39,889 nt of DNA from assembly GCA_964594555.1 (NCBI GenBank), contig CAZQMT010000007.1:1-39889 (forward strand), in the 5' to 3' direction. Shown here piece after piece: positions 38,227-39,889 of this stretch (within the stretch, counting starts at the first letter, position 1; every line of letters starts with the position of its first letter). A program made the position numbers and the translations under genes. The notes beneath the pieces were generated by a model. The model was not told the DNA's origin, made no database searches, and saw nothing but the letters and a program-made list of their open reading frames with translations. This stretch comes from an uncultured Vicinamibacterales bacterium (GTDB taxonomy: Bacteria > Acidobacteriota > Vicinamibacteria > Vicinamibacterales > CAZQMT01).

Positions 38227-39534
38227 TTAAGCTGTTGGAGAAGTGTTCTTGAAAGGTTCTTGCGTTCGCTCGATCATTCGTTCGTATTTATCAAGAATAA
38301 CATCCCATCGATAGAGCTGCTGTATGTAGCTTTGGCCGTTGCGTCCCATAGCAGTTCTGAGTTTTTTGTCAGCCATTAAGAGTTTCATGCATTCGACAAA
38401 TTCGTCACGATCGGAATAATAAAGTCCAGCGTTACTCTGTCGGCAATGTTCGACTAAGACATCGCTTCGTGCGTTTACGAGAATCGGTGTGCCGACAGCA
38501 AAAGACTCAAGAGCCAATAGCGACAAACTCTCCAAGGGTGAGGGGACGAGCACGAGCGTCGCAGCTTCAAGAGCTTGAAGTCGCTCTCGTTCAGAGAGTA
38601 GACCTGCGAACCTAACGAAAGGTTCTTCTGGCAGTGGCATCAATTTAACGCCCATTAAGACAAGTGTTGCCTCGCCACCGTTATTTGCGTAAGTGCTGTA
38701 GTACTCGAATAATTCTTCACACCCCTTCCCAGGATCAATACGTCCACCGTAAAGCGCAATGGGGCCATGTAGGCGATGTTTCCTTTTAAATGTTTCACCT
38801 CGGTTGTTGATTCGTGAACGACGAGGTCCAGAGGAGGAATGATTTGTCGTCTCTTTTAATGGGTTGGTTTCTGCTGATGTATCTTCAGGTCCAGAAGAGT
38901 GGACTGTTGGTGTTAGGTAGTGGAGAGGGACGTTGACTCCACAGCCGACGACTTCTTCGTTGATTGCCTCGATCGAGAAGTTGGTTTTTAAGAATTTACG
39001 CTCAACTTCGGTGTTGTACGCTATACCTGCTGGCAGCTTAAAGACATCACGATAGAGAGAAAGGTGAATTGCAGGTTCGTCGTGAGCTGTTGGCACAAGG
39101 ATGCTTCGTTTAGGGTTGATCTTCAGCCCGAGTACGGTTGGTGCGTACAGATAAGTAAAGAAGATTAACGCATCATAAGATTCGTGGTTTTTTTGCAAAA
39201 ACTATAAAAGTTTTGGGCACCAGGGACCTTGTTGCTGAAGCCACTCGAATTCGTCGTTTTCGGTGTGTGGATGATTGAAGATCCAGTCAGAATAACGGTT
39301 AAAAGCGACGATGTCTCTGGCGCACTCGTTTTCAAATCGTCTAACTGTAACTCCTCTTACACGGTCTGTTCCTTCGGTGTACTCGTTGTTCCACGTGATG
39401 TAGTCACGTGCACAGGTCGTAAGCACCTCGACTGCATGGCGGCTTGAAAGGCGCTCTGCAATTAATCGGCAGTGGTATTCTGAACCACCCAGAATCTCAG
39501 TGCCGTAGCGTTGAACGATGAAGGCGATCTTCAT
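38227..39534 (-). pseudogene. GT4-family glycosyltransferase interrupted by one in-frame TAG
   Basis: ORFs 39202..39534 and 38227..39198 are in the same minus-strand frame. Read-through gives [21 protein letters not shown]...GPWCPKLL[TAG 39204-39202]FLQKNHESYDALIFFTYLY.... The C-terminal half has the GT-B/GT4 E-x7-E-like region (VPSPLESLSLLALESFAVGTPILV). Confidence 0.75.
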
Positions 39535-39571
39535 AATGATGATTCCAAAATTAATTTTTAATTCTTATCGC

Positions 39572-39889
39572 TCATGTGAGCTTTTCTAGTGTTTCTTTCA
39601 GCTGTGTTTCGATCTGCTCATCACTAAAATCTTTGAGCCGTTGTCGTTGACCGTCGATTACGGCTGCACGAACTTCTTCGTCATAAGCGACCAATCCGAG
39701 TAGTTCGGCGGCGAACTCAAGGTCTTTAGGTGAGAATTGAAGTCCAGCCCCGCCAAGAGTTTCAGGGACAGCTGCTTCCGCGTATGCAACTATTGGGACA
39801 TCTGTGGACATTGCTTCAATAAGTGGTACACAAAACCCCTCGTGTTCACTAAGTGAAATGTACACTGTGGCATATCGGTAGTAACTTGC
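39572..39889 (-). CDS. GT4-family glycosyltransferase, C-terminal part (5' end outside window)
   Basis: The minus-strand frame stays open to the window edge (..ASYYRYATVYISLSEHEGFCVPLIEAMSTDVPIVAY..), the typical GT4 EGF-x-x-x-x-EAM catalytic-domain block. Confidence 0.7.
   Translation of the reverse strand, partial: ASYYRYATVYISLSEHEGFCVPLIEAMSTDVPIVAYAEAAVPETLGGAGLQFSPKDLEFAAELLGLVAYDEEVRAAVIDGQRQRLKDFSDEQIETQLKETLEKLT

Overview
The window looks like core chromosome from a diderm-type bacterium with moderate GC. Lineage cannot be assigned without a database search. All calls come from reading the ORF translations and the DNA by eye; no searches were run.

Gene content, left to right:
- sufBCDSU-sufT Fe-S assembly operon with a trailing PLP aminotransferase.
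- Three exported hydrolases: M23 peptidase, M20/AbgB-like amidohydrolase, D-aminoacylase.
- DUF1015-serA-serC cluster.
- Membrane acyl desaturase and a zinc-ribbon rhomboid protease.
- polA-pcnB on the minus strand.
- Spy/CpxP-like periplasmic protein and a SAM methyltransferase.
- Inositol-3-phosphate synthase gene broken by two in-frame stops.
- acs followed by a small exported protein.
- Split-type methylmalonyl-CoA mutase catalytic subunit.
- Orphan 99-aa ORF.
- gpmI-eno.
- Orphan secreted 352-aa protein.
- PDZ/multi-TM/GAF/PAS histidine kinase with a sigma-54 (NtrC-type) response regulator.
- The edge of a GT4 glycosyltransferase cluster, one gene of which carries an in-frame TAG.

I found no tRNA/rRNA genes, CRISPR arrays, transposases, integrases or recognisable defence or toxin modules. 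I do not see a convincing self-contained novel system.

The points most worth follow-up are:
1. Three in-frame nonsense codons (one TGA, one TAA, one TAG) in two otherwise intact accessory genes.
2. The DUF1015-serA-serC linkage, with no serB visible.
3. The extracytoplasmic-PDZ histidine kinase/sigma-54 pair, preceded by a repeat-rich AT-rich leader.
4. Several orphan exported or small proteins with shared upstream sequence features.
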